Notes under the pieces: model-generated
Told to the model about the DNA's origin: nothing
What the model saw: the letters and a program-made list of their open reading frames with translations, nothing else
Database searches by the model: none
Translations under genes and position numbers: made by a program
NCBI RefSeq assembly: GCF_006345805.1
Contig: NC_043001.1
Location: 121,272,001 to 121,336,000 of the forward strand
Length of the DNA: 64,000 nt
From: Octopus sinensis
Taxonomy: Eukaryota
Direction: 5' to 3'
In this document: one piece after another, positions 52,662-64,000 of the stretch
Layout: each line of letters opens with the position of its first letter
Position numbering within the stretch: position 1 is the stretch's first letter

Positions 52662-55611
52662 AAGACCAATGACAGATTCTCTAAATAGTTCCATCACTTG
52701 CTAGAAAGAGCAGTCAAAATTTCCTTTCGATCAAACTTTTCTATTCTTATGGACCATTGTCATGACCTGTAAATAGTTGCTTGATTTGCAAGAAATAGCA
52801 GTCAACCTTCCTCAGATCACAATTTTCTATTCTAATGGACCAATATCAGATATTCTAAATAGTTGCTTCACTTGCAAGAAATGGCGATTAAATCTTCATC
52901 AGATTACACTTTTTTATTCTAATGGAACAATGTCAGATCGTCTAAATAAAAGCTTGATTTGCTAGAAATAGCAGTCAAGTCTTCCTTAGATCACACTTTT
53001 CTATTTCAATAGAACAATGTCAGATCCTAATAATAGATGCTTGACTTGCTAGAAATAGCAGTCAAATCTTTCTCAGATCACACTTTTCTATTCTAATGGA
53101 ACAATGTCAAGATATCTAAATAGTTGCTAGACTTGATAGAAATAGCAGTCAAATCTCCTTCAGATCACAATTTTCTATTCTAATCGACAAATGTCAGATC
53201 CTCTAAATATTTGCTTTCCTTGCAAGATGTAGCAGTCAAATCTTCCTCAGACCACACTTTTCTATTCTAATGGGAGTATGTCAGATCGTCTAAATAAAAG
53301 CTTGACTTGCTAGAAATAGCTGTCAAATCTTCATCATATCACTCTTTTCTACTCTAATGGACCAATGTCAGATCCTCTAAATAGTTACTAGACTTGCTAG
53401 AAATAGTAGTCAAATCTTCATCAGATCACATTTTTCTATTCTAATTGAACAATGTCAGATCCTCTAAATAGTTGCTAGACTTGACAGAAATAGGAGTCAA
53501 ACCTTCCTTATATCAGACTTTTCTATTTTAATGGAACAATATCAAATCCTCTAAATATTAGCTTCACTTGCTAGAAATAACAGTCAAATCTCCCTTAGAT
53601 CACACTTTTCTGTATTAATGGATAAATTCCAGTTACTCTAAATAGTTGCTTGACTTGCTAAAAATAGCAGTGAAACCTTCCTCAGATCACACTTTTCTAC
53701 TCTAATGGAAGAATGTCAGATCGTCTAAATAAAAGCTTGACTTGCTAGAAATAGCAATCAAATATTCCTCAGATCTCTCATTTCTTTTCTAATGGACCAA
53801 TGTCAGATCCTCTAAATAGTTCCTTGACTTGCTAGATATATCTATAAAATCTTCCTCAGATCAAACTTTTCTATTCTAATGGACAAATGTCAGATGATCT
53901 TAATAGTTGCTTGACTTGCTAGAAAGAGGAGACAAATCTTCCTCAGATCACACTTTTCTATTTAATAGACCAATGTCAGATCCTCTAAATAGTTGCTTGT
54001 CTTGCTAGAAATAGCAGTCAAATCTTAATCAGATCACACTTTTCTATTCTCATGGACCAATGTCAGAACCTCTAAATAGTTCTTGACTTGCTAAAAAAAA
54101 ACAGTCAAATCTTCCTCAGCTCACGCTTTTCTATTCTAATGGACCAATGTCAGATCCTCTAAATAGTTCTTTGACTTGATAGAAATAGTAGTCAAATCTC
54201 TGTATTATCACAATTTTCTATTCTAATGGAACAACATCAGATCCTCTAAATCCTTGCTTGACTTGCTAGAAATAGAAATCAAATCTTCCTCAGATTACAC
54301 TCTTCTATCCTAATGGAACAATGTCAAGATCTCTAAATAGTTGCTTGACATGCTAGAATTAGCAGTCGAATCTCCCTCAGATCACAATTTTCTATACTAA
54401 TTGACCAATGTTAGATCATCTAAATATTTACTTTCCTTGGTAGATATAGCTGTCAAATCTTCCTGAGATCACACTTCCCTACTCTAATGGAACAATATCA
54501 GATCATCTAAATAAAAGCGTGACTTGCTAGAAATAGCAGTCAAATCTCCCTCAGATCACACATTTCTATTCTAATGACCAATGTCACATGCTCTTAATAG
54601 TTGCTTGACTTTCTAGAAAGAGGAGACAAATCTTCCTTAGATCACACTTTTCTATTCTAAAAGACCAATGACAGATTCTCTAAATAGTTCCTTCACTTGC
54701 TAGAAAGATGAGTCAAAACTTCCTTTGGATCAAAATTTTCTATTCTTACGGGCCATTGTCACAACCTCTAAATAGTTGCTTGATTTGCAAAAAATAGCAG
54801 TCAACCTTCTTAAGATCACACTTTTCTATTCTAATGGACCAATATCAGATCCTCTAAATACTTGCTTGATTGCTAGAAATAGCAGTCAAATCTTTCTCAG
54901 ATCACACTTTTCTATTCCAATGGAACAATGTCAAATCCTCTAAATAGTTGCTTGACTTGCTAGAAATAGCAGTCAAATCTTAATCAGATCACACTTTTCT
55001 ATTCTCATAGACCAATATCAGAGCCTCTAAATAGTTTCTTAACTTGCTAAAAATAACAGTCAAATCTTCCTCAGCTCACGCTTTTCTATTCTAATGACTA
55101 ATGTCAGATCCTCTAAATAGTTCCTTGACTTGCTAGAAATATTAGTCAAATCTCCGTATTATCACACTTTTCTATTCTAATAGAACAATATCAGATCCTC
55201 TAAATAGTTGCTTCACTTGCTAGAAATAGCAGTCAAGTCTTCCCTAGATCATACTTTTCTATTCTAATGGAACAATGTCAGATCGTCTAAATAAAAGCTT
55301 GACTTGCTAGAAATAGCAATCAAATTTTACTCAGATTACACGTTTCTATTCTAATGGAACAATGTCAAGACCTCAAAATAATTGCTAGACTTGATAGAAA
55401 TAGCTGTCAAATCTCCCTCAGATCACAATTTTCTATTCTAATCGACAAATGTCAGATCCTCTAAATATGTGCTTTCTTTGCAAGATGTAGCAGTCAAATC
55501 TACCTCAGACAACACTTTTCTATTCTAATGGAAGAATGTCAGATCGTCTAAATAAAAGCTTCACTTGCTAGAAATAACACTCAAATCTTCCTTAGATCAC
55601 ACTTTTCTGTA

Positions 55612-57277
55612 TCTCTTATTATAAAAGGCAGATTTTATCTGCCTCCCTTTGTAACTTATAGAAATCTACAATATAGGATTTCTTCAATTACAATTTACCT
55701 AGCATTTTTAAGAGTAGAATGCATCGGGTCATGCCAGGTCCAGTTTTTAAAATTTAAACTCCAATTAAGCAAAATTTACAGAAAACTCACATTCTGGTGT
55801 GTATGTCAAATGCTTTTCTTAATGTGGTTTACACCACACGCACACGCACACACACAGTGTGCAATGAATAAAATGAAAGTAAATAGCGACAGAGTGATTT
55901 GAGGAAGACTAAACTGAAAGTATTTAAACCACTACTCAAAAAATAAAAAAACACAGGAAACAGAAACAAATAAATACATAACGATTTACTCCTCACACAA
56001 TTTCTTCAATTAGAGTTTACCTAAGATTTTTCAAAGTACTCCATTCAGTCATGCCATAATATATTTCTTTCAATTTCACCCCCAATTAAGACAAAATTCG
56101 AGAAAACTCAATATTTTAACATTTCACTCCGAAAGCATTGATGTACATGTGTGCGTGCGTGAGTGTGTGTGTGTGTGTGTGTGTGTGTTTGATGGGTTGT
56201 GCGACACAGAAAGTGTGGTGTGTAAGTGAAGTGCTTTTGTTAGTGTGTGTAAAGAGACAGACAGAGTGAAAGACAGAAATAACTGAACTTTTTTTATTCA
56301 CTTTTTGTAGTAAGTGACTGAGAGAGAAAAGAGAGAGAGAGGTTATGTATGTATATATGTATGTATGGCTTCAGTGACACACACACACAAAAACACATAC
56401 CTACGTACACCTAAAGCACGCACACACACACACACAAGCGGAGCGCGAACTTCAAAATTTTGGTAGTATTAATTTGCGAGCGTACTTCTAAGCCCGCGTA
56501 ATTGAAAGTTTTCACTATGATATCATCACGTGCGAAAAAATTCGAAGGGTTTTGAACAATTGAGATACAGATGTCACGCCTGTATTGAAACCATTGCTAA
56601 GCTGCCGTAATTGCTTAATTAAGACTTTGTTTAAATTGAAAGGGGCAAATATGTGACGAGGTTGAAAAAAAATACCCCAGAAAAAAAAATGTACTGCTGG
56701 TATTTATATAATTCACTACTATTTTGCTACAATGTCATGAAAAAGAAAAAATTTAGGTATGTAAATCGAATTCGCCACCCCCTTTTCCCCGTTTGCGTTT
56801 GTGTAAAAAAAATTATTATTTAAGTTTTAAAAATTATTTACTTTGTTCAAAAAATATTAATATTAATTAATTTTCAAGAATTATTAATTTTATTCTGTAA
56901 AATAGTAATTAATTCATTTATCTGTAAATCCGCGAGGTTGTTACTCAGGCACCTAGAATGGTAACCTTCAACTAACACTATCTCCTCCGAGACCCTGCGG
57001 CGCAAGTTGACCAAAATTGAGAGTATGGTAGAAGAAGGGTTGCTCTTCCTTCCGTAGAACATAAAATTCAAATTGGACCATGTTAACACCAAAAATTATT
57101 TACATCAAAAAGATGCTTTTTTCTATGAAAATCCCTATTTTTTATGATTTTTTCACTGCTGTGTCGCCACTTTTCGGTGTATTTCGACCAGAAAAATGTT
57201 CACAAAATTTTTACTTTTCAAAATTACAATTCCAGCGGGTCGAAACAAACCCGAGCAACGCCGGGCGATACTGCTAG
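55612..57277 (+). mobile_element. Complete non-autonomous Helitron, 1666 bp
   Basis: 5' TC (a|TCtcttattataaaagg), 3' hairpin cccgagcaacgccggg then CTAG|t. Inserted between A and T with no TSD; the empty site ttttctgta|ttaatggataaattcc is intact at about 53606-53630. Confidence 0.93.
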
Positions 57278-58886
57278 TTAATGGATAAATTCCAGTTACT
57301 CTAAATAGTTGCTTGACTTGCTAAAAATAGCAGTGAAACCTTCCTCAGATCACACTTTTCTACTCTAATGGAAGAATGTCAGATCGTCTAAATAAAAGCT
57401 TGACTTGCTAGAAATAGCCATCAAATGTTCCTCAGATCACTCGTTTCTTTTCTAATGGAACAATGTCAGATCCTCTAAATAGTTCCTTGACTTGCTAGAA
57501 ATATCAATAAAATCTTCCTCAGATCAAACTTTTCTATTCTAATGGACAAATGTCAGATGATCTTAATAGTTGCTTGACTTGCTAGAAAGAGGAGACAAAT
57601 CTTCCTCAGATCACACTTTTCTAGTTAATAGACCAATGTCAGATGCTCTAAAGGACCAATCTCAGATCTTCTAAATAGTTGCTTGACTTGGTAGAAATAA
57701 CAGTCAAATCTCCCTCAAATGTCAGATGATCTTAATAGTTGCTTGACTTGCTAGAAAGAGGAGACAAATCTTCCTCAGATCACACTTTTCTATTTAATAA
57801 ACCAATGTCAGATACTCTAAAGAACCAACGTCAGATCTTCTAAATAGTTGCTTGACTTGGTAGAAATAACAGTCAAATCTCCCTCAGATGACACTTTTCT
57901 CTTCTAATGGACCAATGTCAGATGCTCTTAATAGTTCTTGACTTGCTAGAAAGAGCAGACAAATCTTCCTGAGATTACACTTTTCCATTCTAATAGACCA
58001 ATGTTAGATCCTCTAAATAGTTGCTTAACTTGATAGAAATAGTAGCCTATACTTCCTCAGATCACATTTTTCTATTCTAATTGACCAATGTCACATCCTC
58101 TAAATACTTGCTTGACTTGCTAGAAATAACTGTCAAATCTTAATCAGATCACACTTTTCTATTCTAATGGAACATGTCAAATCCTCTAAATAGTTTCTTG
58201 ACTTGCTAGAAATAGCAGTCAAATCTTAATCAGATCACACTTTTCTATTCTCATGGACCAATGTCAGAACCTCTAAAGTTTCTTGACTTGCTAAAAATAA
58301 CAGTCAAATCTTCCTCAGCTCACGCTAATTGATTTACTTGCTAGAAGTAGCAGTGAAATCTTCCTCAGCTCACACTTTACTATTCTATTGGAACAATGTC
58401 AGATCCTAATAATAGATGCTTGACTTGCTAGAAATAGCAGTCACATCTCCATCAGATCATACTTTTCTATACTAATGGACCAATGTTATTATCCTCTAAA
58501 TAAGTTGCTTGACTTGCTAAAAATAACAGTCAAATCTTCCTCAGCTCACGCTTTTCTATTCTAATGGACTAATGTCAGATCCTCAAAATAGTTTCTTGAC
58601 TTGCTAGAAATAGCAGTCAAATCTTCCTCAGATCACACTTTTCTATCCTAAGGGACCAATGTTAGATCCTCTAAATAGATGCTTGACGTTCTAGAAATAG
58701 CAGTCAAATCTCCTTCAGATCACACTCTTCTATTCTAATGGAACAATGTCCGATCAATTAAATCATTGCTTAACTGCTAGAAATAGCAATCAAATCTAAT
58801 GGATACAAATTTGTTAACATATTCACCTACAACTGTTTCATTTCACAAGCAAAATTAAAATTACAAAACATTTATATAAATATATA

Positions 58887-59270
58887 GGCGCAGGAGTGGC
58901 TGTGTGGTAAGTAGCTTGCTAACCAACCACATGGTTCCGGGTTCAGTCCCACTGCGTGTCATCTTGGGCAAGTGTCTTCTGCTATAGCCCTGGGCCGACC
59001 AATGCCTTGTGAGTGGATTTGGTAGACGGAAACTGAAAGAAGCCTGTCGTATATATGTATATATATGTATGTGTGTCTGTGTTTGTCCCCCTAGCATTGC
59101 TTGACAACCGATGCTGGTGTGTTTACGTCCCCGTAACTTTGCGGTTCGGCAAAAGAGACCGATAGAATAAGTACTGGGCTTACAAAGAATAAGTCCCGGG
59201 GTCGAGTTGCTCGACTAAAGGCGGTGCTCCAGCATGGCCGCCGTCAAATGACTGAAACAAGTAAAAGAGT
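58887..59270 (+). mobile_element. Complete tRNA-derived SINE (reference copy in this window)
   Basis: A-box-like tggctgtgtggtaag and B-box-like gggttcagtccc, an internal short microsatellite, tail ggcggtgctccagcatggccg..tcaaatgactgaaacaagtaaaagag. At least 12 further partial copies occur in the window. Confidence 0.88.
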
Positions 59271-59279
59271 ATATATACG

Positions 59280-59990
59280 ATATATACTTGTATCGCACGT
59301 CCCCGATTCGCGCGTGCGCAAACCGGGGACGATACAAGTATACAAGTATATATCGTATATATACAAGTATATATCGTATACAAGTATATATCGATACAAG
59401 TATATATCGTATATATCGTGCATGCGCCAGTCAGCTCGTTGGATCGGCTGCCTCCGTCTGGTTAACGCGCACGCGCGTTTGCGCGTGTGCGCAAACCGAG
59501 ACCACTCTACGATACTAGTACCCCTTTTTATATTCTAAATAATTTGCAATTTCAGAAAATATATTAACTTTGCGTTTTTTTAATTTGATAAATTCTACGG
59601 AAACAAACGAAGGTGCCCGAGTGACGTCACACTTGTTTTACTTTCCTCCTGACGGCTAATCTTCCTGGAATCTTTTCTGTTCCATTTGGAACTTTGATTT
59701 CTCTTCAATCTGGAAATATTTGTCTTGTTTTTTCACTGAAAATTGTTTATAAGTTTGTGCTTTTATGAATACATATTACTTAAAATGAATTTCGACGAGT
59801 AACGATTGTAAACAAGCAGTTTTCTGTATATGAGAGAAGTGAATATGGACTGCCGTGAAAATATCCAAAAGTTGGTTTTTGTTTTTATTGATAAATCACT
59901 GAAATTGAAAGAATTGTGAAAGAAGTCAACAGAAGAATTTCCAGTCATAAATTCTCGAAGTTGCTGTTTATCCTCCACCGAAAAAGTAAG
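59280..59990 (+). promoter_or_regulatory. Candidate CpG-rich promoter/first non-coding exon (NRF-1-type sites, CRE, splice donor)
   Basis: YGCGCAYGCGCR matches at 59309-59320 (minus) and 59466-59477. Palindromic GTGACGTCAC at 59621. Donor-like aaaa|GTAAGA at 59986. Motif-level evidence only. Confidence 0.35.
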
Positions 59991-60404
59991 AATTTATTAA
60001 TATTATTGTCAAACCATTTATCTTCTTAAGTTTTGTGTCAATTATGATGTATAGGGATAAATATATTGATTCTTAAACAAGAGACCTTTTTCTACCACTC
60101 ATCTACACACACACCTTTAAAAATAAGTCTATTACTTCAAATGTTAATGGTTTCTGTTAAGACTGAGCAATTTTTAAACGAGTTCTTGACTAGAATTTGG
60201 TTTGTCAACTTTTAAAATAACTTTCAGTTCTTTAGACATTCACATGATTAACAAGGCTAACGTGGGGTGGCTAGAAATAGCAGTCAAATTACTCTCAGAT
60301 CCATACAAGATCATGCAATTGTTCAGTCTAGGAGCCCAATAACAAATCAACTTAGTTGTTTATGAAAGAAGTCGATATTTAGAGAGTGAAAACGTGTTTT
60401 TCTT

Positions 60405-60532
60405 TTTTTTTGCTGGAGCACCGACTTTGGTCGAGCAAATCGACCCCAGGACTTATTCTTTGTAAGCCTAGTACTTATTCTATCGGTCTCTATTGCCGTA
60501 AACACAACGCACACTCACACACACACACACAC

Positions 60533-60580
<48 letters not shown>

Positions 60581-61037
60581 GACGGGCTTCTTCAGTTTCC
60601 GTCTACCAAATCCACTCACAAGACTATAGTAGAAGATACTTGCCCAAGGTACCATGCAGTGGGATAGAACCCGGAACCATGTGGTTCGTAAGCAAGCTAC
60701 TTACCACACAGCCACTCATATATATACACATACACACGACTGGTTTTATTAATTTTCCAGGAGGGTGGACTGCTAAAAAATGCAGTGGAATCTGGATATG
60801 CTAGAAACAGCAGTCAAATCTCTTATATGGAAATCTTCATGTGTATGTGTGAGTGTGCGTGTGTGCTAGTCACCCACCCCCACATTCGCTTGACAACCGA
60901 TGTCGGTGTGTTTATGTCGACGAAGCTGAGCGCCTTGGCAAAAAGTGACCGATGGAATAAGTACTAGGCTTACAAGGAATAAGTCCTGGGATCGATTTGT
61001 TTCGACTAAAGGCGGTGCTCCAGCATAGCCGCAGTCA
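60405..61037. mobile_element. SINE copies: minus 60405-60720 and plus tail 60880-61037
   Basis: They match the 58887 copy. Confidence 0.75.
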
Positions 61038-61414
61038 ACATGTGGGAAAAAAGTCAAAACTGAAGAAGTTGGGTGGGGAAAGGCGGGGACAAAGTTTCAC
61101 AATGCCGATTTTTGGCAATTTTCCGAAAACGGGGATTTTTGGCAGACAAAAAAGGAATTACAAATTAATTTATCACCAAGGAAATACGGAACTATGGCGG
61201 CTGAAAATTGGTGTCTGACTTTTCGCAAAGCATTGTGGGATTGTCGTCTGAATGATTTCAATGGCGCGAGATTCAGTTTTTTATTGAAATTTTTATTGAA
61301 TATTGGTCCTGCAGAGTGAAAGAAGTAAGTAAGAAATTATTATTAGACTGGAGAATGATACTCCACATCCCCATTAAGGACTTTTTCGTTTTCAATGTAC
61401 TCGAGTGTTGTTGT

Positions 61415-61830
61415 TTATGTTATTGTTGTGAAGTGTGGTTGCATGTTCGAAATGTAATTAGATAAGTTGTCAACAGACATTCTAACTGATTTGTCAGTCG
61501 AGAAGCATACAATCTCTCTATTTTTTAATTTGTTAAGGCCTTTCTTAATTTTGGTGTCAAGATCACGGGTCTTATTTTTTGTTCGTTTTTGTTTATGCCT
61601 TTGGGTGTAATTAGAGAAAGCTGACAGGAGTTTGGATTTAGTAAGGGTAAACTTTGCTGTACTGGAACGAAAACAATTGCAGCATGGAAGGTGTTTATAA
61701 GCCATTTAAGAAACACACAAAAGCCGTTAGATTCACTTTAATATTTAAATTCAATTTGTCAAAATATTTTCGTTGTTTTGAGACTGCGACTTCACTGACA
61801 AAATTCCGTGCTGCATCTGAGAAAGTAACA
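61415..61830 (-). pseudogene. Probable Penelope-like ORF remnant (region just upstream of RT)
   Basis: GLNKLKNREIVCFSTDKSVRMSV..NYISNMQPH resembles PLE GLxxL..EIV..TDKSG..Y..M.H, with KQRKYFDKL upstream. Confidence 0.4.
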
Positions 61831-62077
61831 GTTAGTTCATGATATATATGTACGTACGTATGTATGTATGTGTTTATGTATGTATATGTGTACATGTATG
61901 TGCGCATGCCTATAAGCATGTATGTATGTACTTACGTATGTGAGTATTTAGGAGAAATAGACGTGTCTGTGTGTGTACATGTGTATGTACTTGCGAACGT
62001 ATGTTTATGTAATATGTGTCAGTTCAATTTGTATACTTGACTGTTACCTAGCCACTCGCTATGCAAGTACATCTCTT

Positions 62078-62081
<4 letters not shown>

Positions 62082-62170
<89 letters not shown>
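62082..62170. repeat. Compound (CT)n(AT)n(AG)n microsatellite (self-complementary)
   Basis: Directly visible. Confidence 0.95.
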
Positions 62171-62173
<3 letters not shown>

Positions 62174-62744
62174 CAGATTGTAACATAGATAAATATATAG
62201 ACAGAAATAGATAGTCAAAAGAAGAATAGACATACCAACTACCAAACACCTAGAAAGATAGACTGCTTGATAGCTCGATAGATATATAGATAAATAGATA
62301 GATGCTTATGTTTTTTTATTGCTACTCATCACTCATTTTGTCCATTTTATGTTTCTCACCTGTACTGCTCTTTGTAAAGAATTAGCAAACTGAGCTGTTT
62401 TGCAATAAAGGCTTGAATGGATTGAGAGCTATATGATAAACTGGTGAAGGAAGCATGGATTTAAACTCTGCCTTATTAATTGCTCATTGGTGAAATAGCA
62501 TAAAAGATATTGTTTATGGTTAAGATTTCTTAATTAATATCAGTTTCTATATTAGTGTATGCATCTTTAGTGAAATGATGATGAACTCTCTTACAATATG
62601 ACTATGTGAATTGCTGAAATTATGGTATATTGTAAATTTCATGAATATTTGAATGACAGGAAAGCTATCCTGTTTCCTAACATGCAGATTTATTTTTCCC
62701 AAGTCATTTGATTAATTGGTCATGTTTGTAAAACAGGGGAATGC

Positions 62745-62925
62745 CTCAAATTTTAGAGGAAGTGGTTAATTGATTAAATTGATCTTATTACTTGACTTGC
62801 ACTTTTTTTATCAACCATTAAAGGAAGAGAAACAAAGTTAGCCTCAACAGGATTTGAAACTAGAATATAAAGAGCTGGTAGAAATATTGGAAGGTATTTT
62901 GGCAACACTCTAACAATTGTGCCTT
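62745..62925 (-). mobile_element. Highly degraded SINE of the 17930 family
   Basis: ttttttatcaacc..aaagg..aaagttagcctc..ggatttgaaactagaat..ctctaacaattgtgcc. Confidence 0.5.
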
Positions 62926-63669
62926 TCCACTATCTTAAGTTTAATAGAATAAAATCTGTGAATGAATTTTGATGAATTTCTTGTGTAGTTTTAATGAAAG
63001 TTGGTCTCACATTGCTTGCATTTATATCTTTCCTGAGACATGTAAAAGTTTCCATTTGTATAATACTTGGCTGCTTGTCACTTCAAATAAAGAGTAGTGA
63101 ACTGATATTAAAGCCAAAATTTTCCTTTCGCTACTATTAGGATGTTTTTCATTTTTACTTTCAGGGTTAAAAAATGAATGATTACACTTATTGGTTTACA
63201 TGCGAACTTTTGTTTATTTTATATCCTTCTATATGTTGGATATGCAAATTTCACGAAGCGGGGATAGACACAACTGTCTTCACACAACCTACTTCAGATT
63301 ACTCCACTAAACACAATACTCTAATAAATAGAAACTCTGAACAATGTCAGCAACTTCCATGAACTCCCAATGACTCTCTTTGTCTCAACCAATATGCTAA
63401 TTTTTTTATAAGAGTTTTGCTAGTCCATTCTTCCAATCCCATAGGGGTGCCAATGACTCTCACCACAACAGTTTATACATGTATATTTTACCAAAACAAG
63501 TATCCCCATGCAAAGCTTCACCTGTATGTAAGTACATAACTTTTTTGTTAATTTAAGTTTTCTGTTAGTTAACCACAGCTGTTTGTACATTGAACACCTG
63601 TTTCTCTGTGTATATTGAACAATTTCCATAAGATATATATGTTTGCAAATGTAAAATATGTTTGTTTCC

Positions 63670-63800
63670 CAATGCCATGGTTTAGGGTCTAGTTCTACTG
63701 TGTGGCATTTTGGGCAAGAGTCTTCGACTATAGGTAGGGATCAACAAATGCATTTTTAGTGAAAGTCGTTGATGGGAACTATATGAAGCTTATTGCATGT
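63670..63800 (+). mobile_element. Highly degraded SINE head
   Basis: ccatggtttagggtctagttctactgtgtggcattttgggcaagagtcttcgactatag. Confidence 0.5.
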
Positions 63801-64000
63801 GTGTGTATACACCATATCAATTATGTGATGCATGTTATAGGTAACTGTTGACAAAAAGTGCAAAATACTCATTGAAAAATCAAAATAATTTAGAGTAATG
63901 TCAAGAAGGGATGTAGAATGGATAGTGAAAGGTCTGGCTTGGAAGGTGTCCCACAGTATTGCAGCCTGGGCCTATGTGTCATCTTGCTACTGCAAGAGAG

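Larger units (their letters stand above)
49948..58800. repeat. ~87-bp satellite, consensus CTTGACTTGCTAGAAATAGCAGTCAAATCTTCCTCAGATCACACTTTTCTATTCTAATGGACCAATGTCAGATCCTCTAAATAGTTG, roughly 75-80 diverged monomers, with two TE insertions
   Basis: Directly visible periodicity of 86-88 bp. Multi-monomer blocks are duplicated. Confidence 0.96.

Noticed and set aside
58887-58960. SINE heads as tRNA genes
   Set aside because: They have A/B-box-like motifs but no cloverleaf, and continue into SINE body and tail.
61194-61319. MAAENWCLT resembling the SPOP N-terminal AESWCYT motif
   Set aside because: The similarity is only a few residues, and the ORF stops after 41 codons with no MATH-domain continuation.

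Overview
AT-rich, intron-scale eukaryotic DNA saturated with (AT)n/(GT)n microsatellites, SINEs and LINEs. The repeat repertoire looks like an octopus (coleoid cephalopod) genome; that assignment is inferred from memory of these SINE families, not from a search. The only host coding sequence I can support is missed by the ORF track: two spliced exons (12221-12361, 18465-18685, + strand) encoding a 10-cysteine three-finger (Ly6/uPAR, Quiver/Sleepless-like) domain with a GPI-type hydrophobic tail. Its signal-peptide exon appears to lie upstream of the window. Its introns hold a 7.3-kb 21-bp minisatellite that grew out of a SINE A-box, a Gag-like remnant, a Ty3/Gypsy fragment, a mariner nested inside a foldback element and an R4/Dong LINE. 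The 20-49 kb region is a mosaic of old local duplications with four CR1-group (Proto2-like) LINE copies, a full-length decayed RTE and Penelope-like fragments. It also holds a recent 510-bp tandem array in which each unit carries a minimal hammerhead-ribozyme-like motif (retrozyme-like). The 50-58.8 kb region is an ~87-bp satellite with a Helitron and a CR1 insertion whose empty sites are visible in paralogous units. The SINEs share structured 3' ends, with compensatory changes, with the Proto2-like LINEs. All long ORFs in the ORF track are either repeat artefacts or transposon pseudogenes. There are no rRNA, tRNA or CRISPR features.
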